Of a DNA stretch of 64,000 bases, positions 61,601 to 64,000 are shown one piece after another. The position numbers were made by a program, and so were the translations under genes. Within the stretch, counting starts at the first letter, position 1. Each line of letters begins with the position of its first letter. The DNA lies in NCBI GenBank assembly GCA_051362555.1, contig CM120640.1:24414225-24478224 (forward strand), written 5' to 3'. Under the pieces are notes generated by a model. The model was not told the origin of the DNA, made no database searches, and worked only from the letters and a program-made list of their open reading frames with translations. This DNA is from Lingula anatina. Lineage: Eukaryota; Animalia; Brachiopoda.

Positions 61601-64000
61601 CACTCACCTTAGTTAGATCCAAGAGTGAAATCCATATGTGGGTGGGGTCGCTCATCATCTTCTTTGTCCTGTAAAAAGAAATGAAAAACAAGATTAGATT
61701 TTTTCAATTTACCCATAACATCAACCCCCAAAAATAAAATTTACTAACCTTAGCTTGGATCCAGGAGTGAAGTCCATGTCCGGGTGGGGTCGCTCATCAT
61801 CTTCTTTGTCCTGTAAAAAGAAATGAAAAACAAGATTAGATTTTTTCAATTTACCCATAACATCAACCCCCAAAAATAAAATTTACTAACCTTAGCTTGG
61901 ATCCAAGAGTGAAGTCCATGTCCGGGTGGGGTCGCTCATCATCTTCTTTGTCCTGTAAAAAGAAATGAAAAACAAGATTAGATTTTTTCAATTTACCCAT
62001 CCCATCACCTCAATAAAATAAAATTTACTCACCTTAGCTTGGATCCAAGAGTGACATCCATATCAGGGTGAGGTCGCTCAGCATCTTCTTTGTACTGTAA
62101 AAAGAAATGAAAAACAACATTAGATTTTTTCAATTTACCCATGTCACCATCCCCCCCCCAAAAATTTACTAACCTTAGCTTGGATCCAAGAGTGACATCC
62201 ATATCAGGGTGAGGTCGCTCAGCATCTTCTTTGTACTGAAAAAAGAAATGAAAAACAAGATTAGATTTTTTCAATATACCCATCCCACCACCTCCAAAAA
62301 ATAAAATTTACTCACCTTAGCTTGGATACAAGAGTGAAGTCCATGTCCGAGTGGGGTCGCTCATCATCTCCTTTGTCCTGTAAAAAGAAATGAAAAACAA
62401 CATTAGTTTTTTCAATTTACCCATGTCCCATCCCAAAAAAATAAAATTTACTAACCTTAGCTTGGATCCAAGAGTGAAGTCCATGTCCGGGTGGGGTCAC
62501 TCATCATCTTCTTTGTCCTGTAAAAAGAAATGAAAAACAAGATTAGATTTTTTCAATTTACCCATTCCACCACCCCCAAAAAATAAAATTTACTCACCTT
62601 AGTTAGATCCAAGAGTGAAGTCCATGTCCGGGTGGGGTCGCTCATCATCTTCTTTGTCCTGTAAAAAGAAATGAAAAACAAGATTAGATTTTTTCAATAT
62701 ACCCATCCTACCACCGCCAAAAAAAAAATTTACTCACATTAACTTGGATCCAAGAGTGAAGTCCATGTGCGGGTGGGGTCGCTCATCATCTTCTTTGTCC
62801 TGAAAAAAGAAATGAAAAACAAGATTAGATTTTTTCAATATACCCATCCCACCACCTCCAAAAAATAAAATTTACTCACCTTAGCTTGGATCAAAGAGTG
62901 ACATCCATGTCCGGGTGGGGTTGCTCAGCATCTTCTTTGTACTGTAAAAAGATATAAAAAACAAGATTAGATTTTTTCATTTTACCCATGTCACCATCCC
63001 AAAAAAATAAAATTTACTAACCTTAGCTTGGATCCAAGAGTGAAGTCCATGTCCGGGTGGGGTCACTCATCATCTTCTTTGTCCTGTAAAAAGAAATGAA
63101 AAACAACATTAGTTTTTTCAATTTACCCATTCCACCACCCCCAAAAAATAAAATTTACTCACCTCAGTTAGATCCAAGAGTGAAGTCCATGTCCGGGTGG
63201 GGTCGCTCATCATCTTCTTTGTCCTGTAAAAAGAAATGAAAAACAAGATTAGATTTTTTCAATTTACCCATAACATCAACCCCCAAAAATAAAATTTACT
63301 AACCTTAGCTTGGATCCAAGAGTGAAGTCCATGTCCGGGTGGGGTCGCTCATCATCTTCTTTGTCCTGTAAAAAGAAATGAAAAACAAGATTAGATTTTT
63401 TCAATTTACCCATCCCATCACCTCAATAAAATAAAATTTACTCACCTTAGCTTGGATCCAAGAGTGACATCCATATCAGGGTGAGGTCGCTCAGCATCTT
63501 CTTTGTACTGTAAAAAGAAATGAAAAACAACATTAGATTTTTTCAATTTACCCATGTCACCATCCCCCCCCCAAAAATTTACTAACCTTAGCTTGGATCC
63601 AAGAGTGACATCCATATCAGGGTGAGGTCGCTCAGCATCTTCTTTGTACTGAAAAAAGAAATGAAAAACAAGATTAGATTTTTTCAATATACCCATCCCA
63701 CCACCTCCAAAAAATAAAATTTACTCACCTTAGCTTGGATACAAGAGTGAAGTCCATGTCCGAGTGGGGTCGCTCATCATCTCCTTTGTCCTGTAAAAAG
63801 AAATGAAAAACAACATTAGTTTTTTCAATTTACCCATGTCCCATCCCAAAAAAATAAAATTTACTAACCTTAGCTTGGATCCAAGAGTGAAGTCCATGTC
63901 CGGGTGGGGTCACTCATCATCTTCTTTGTCCTGTAAAAAGAAATGAAAAACAAGATTAGATTTTTTCAATTTACCCATTCCACCACCCCCAAAAAATAAA
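29391..64000 (-). repeat. Tandem array of about 240 units of ~142 bp (62-nt exon-like + ~80-nt intron-like), with higher-order repeats; runs off the window end
   Basis: Minus-strand consensus: cag|GACAAAGAAGATGATGAGCGACCCCACCCGGACATGGACTTCACTCTTGGATCCAAGCTAAG|gttagtaaattttattttttgg(G-rich variable)gggtaaattgaaaaaatctaatcttgtttttcatttctttttacag. Three units span 427 bp (29538 to 29965). Confidence 0.97.

Noticed and set aside
29538-63696. Dozens of 60-146 aa ORFs in the array (DKEDDERPHPDMDFTLGSKLR...)
   Set aside because: They are read-throughs of repeat units including intron-like sequence, broken by homopolymer frameshifts. An alternative donor giving a 66-nt in-frame exon is disfavoured because the GTGAGT variants would place TGA in frame.
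29391-64000. CRISPR-like appearance (constant segment plus variable segment)
   Set aside because: The context is a eukaryotic intron-containing genome, the variable parts are related and recur, the constant part exceeds 100 bp, and there are no cas genes.

Overview
AT-rich invertebrate metazoan genomic DNA with short GT-AG introns; the repeat types suggest a lophotrochozoan, which is an inference. From left to right it holds the last four exons of a multi-PDZ gene (MPDZ/PATJ-like, +), a complete 7-exon CCDC152-like coiled-coil gene (-), and a divergently transcribed SPICE1/CCDC52-like centriole gene (+, about 8.7-24.9 kb). One 9.5-kb SPICE1 intron contains five intronless copies of a small basic 103-aa gene with no recognisable histone sequence. 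Each copy nevertheless has replication-dependent-histone-type architecture: TATA box, CATTC cap-site motif, the 16-nt histone 3' stem-loop and a purine-rich U7-type downstream element, plus a conserved RFX X-box. This is the strongest candidate for an undescribed system. From about 29.4 kb to the end of the window is a >34-kb tandem array of about 240 units of about 142 bp. On the minus strand each unit is a 62-nt exon plus a textbook ~80-nt intron, and the units form higher-order repeats. MITE and Helentron-like elements are also present. Gene names rest on my recollection of the human proteins, not on database searches.
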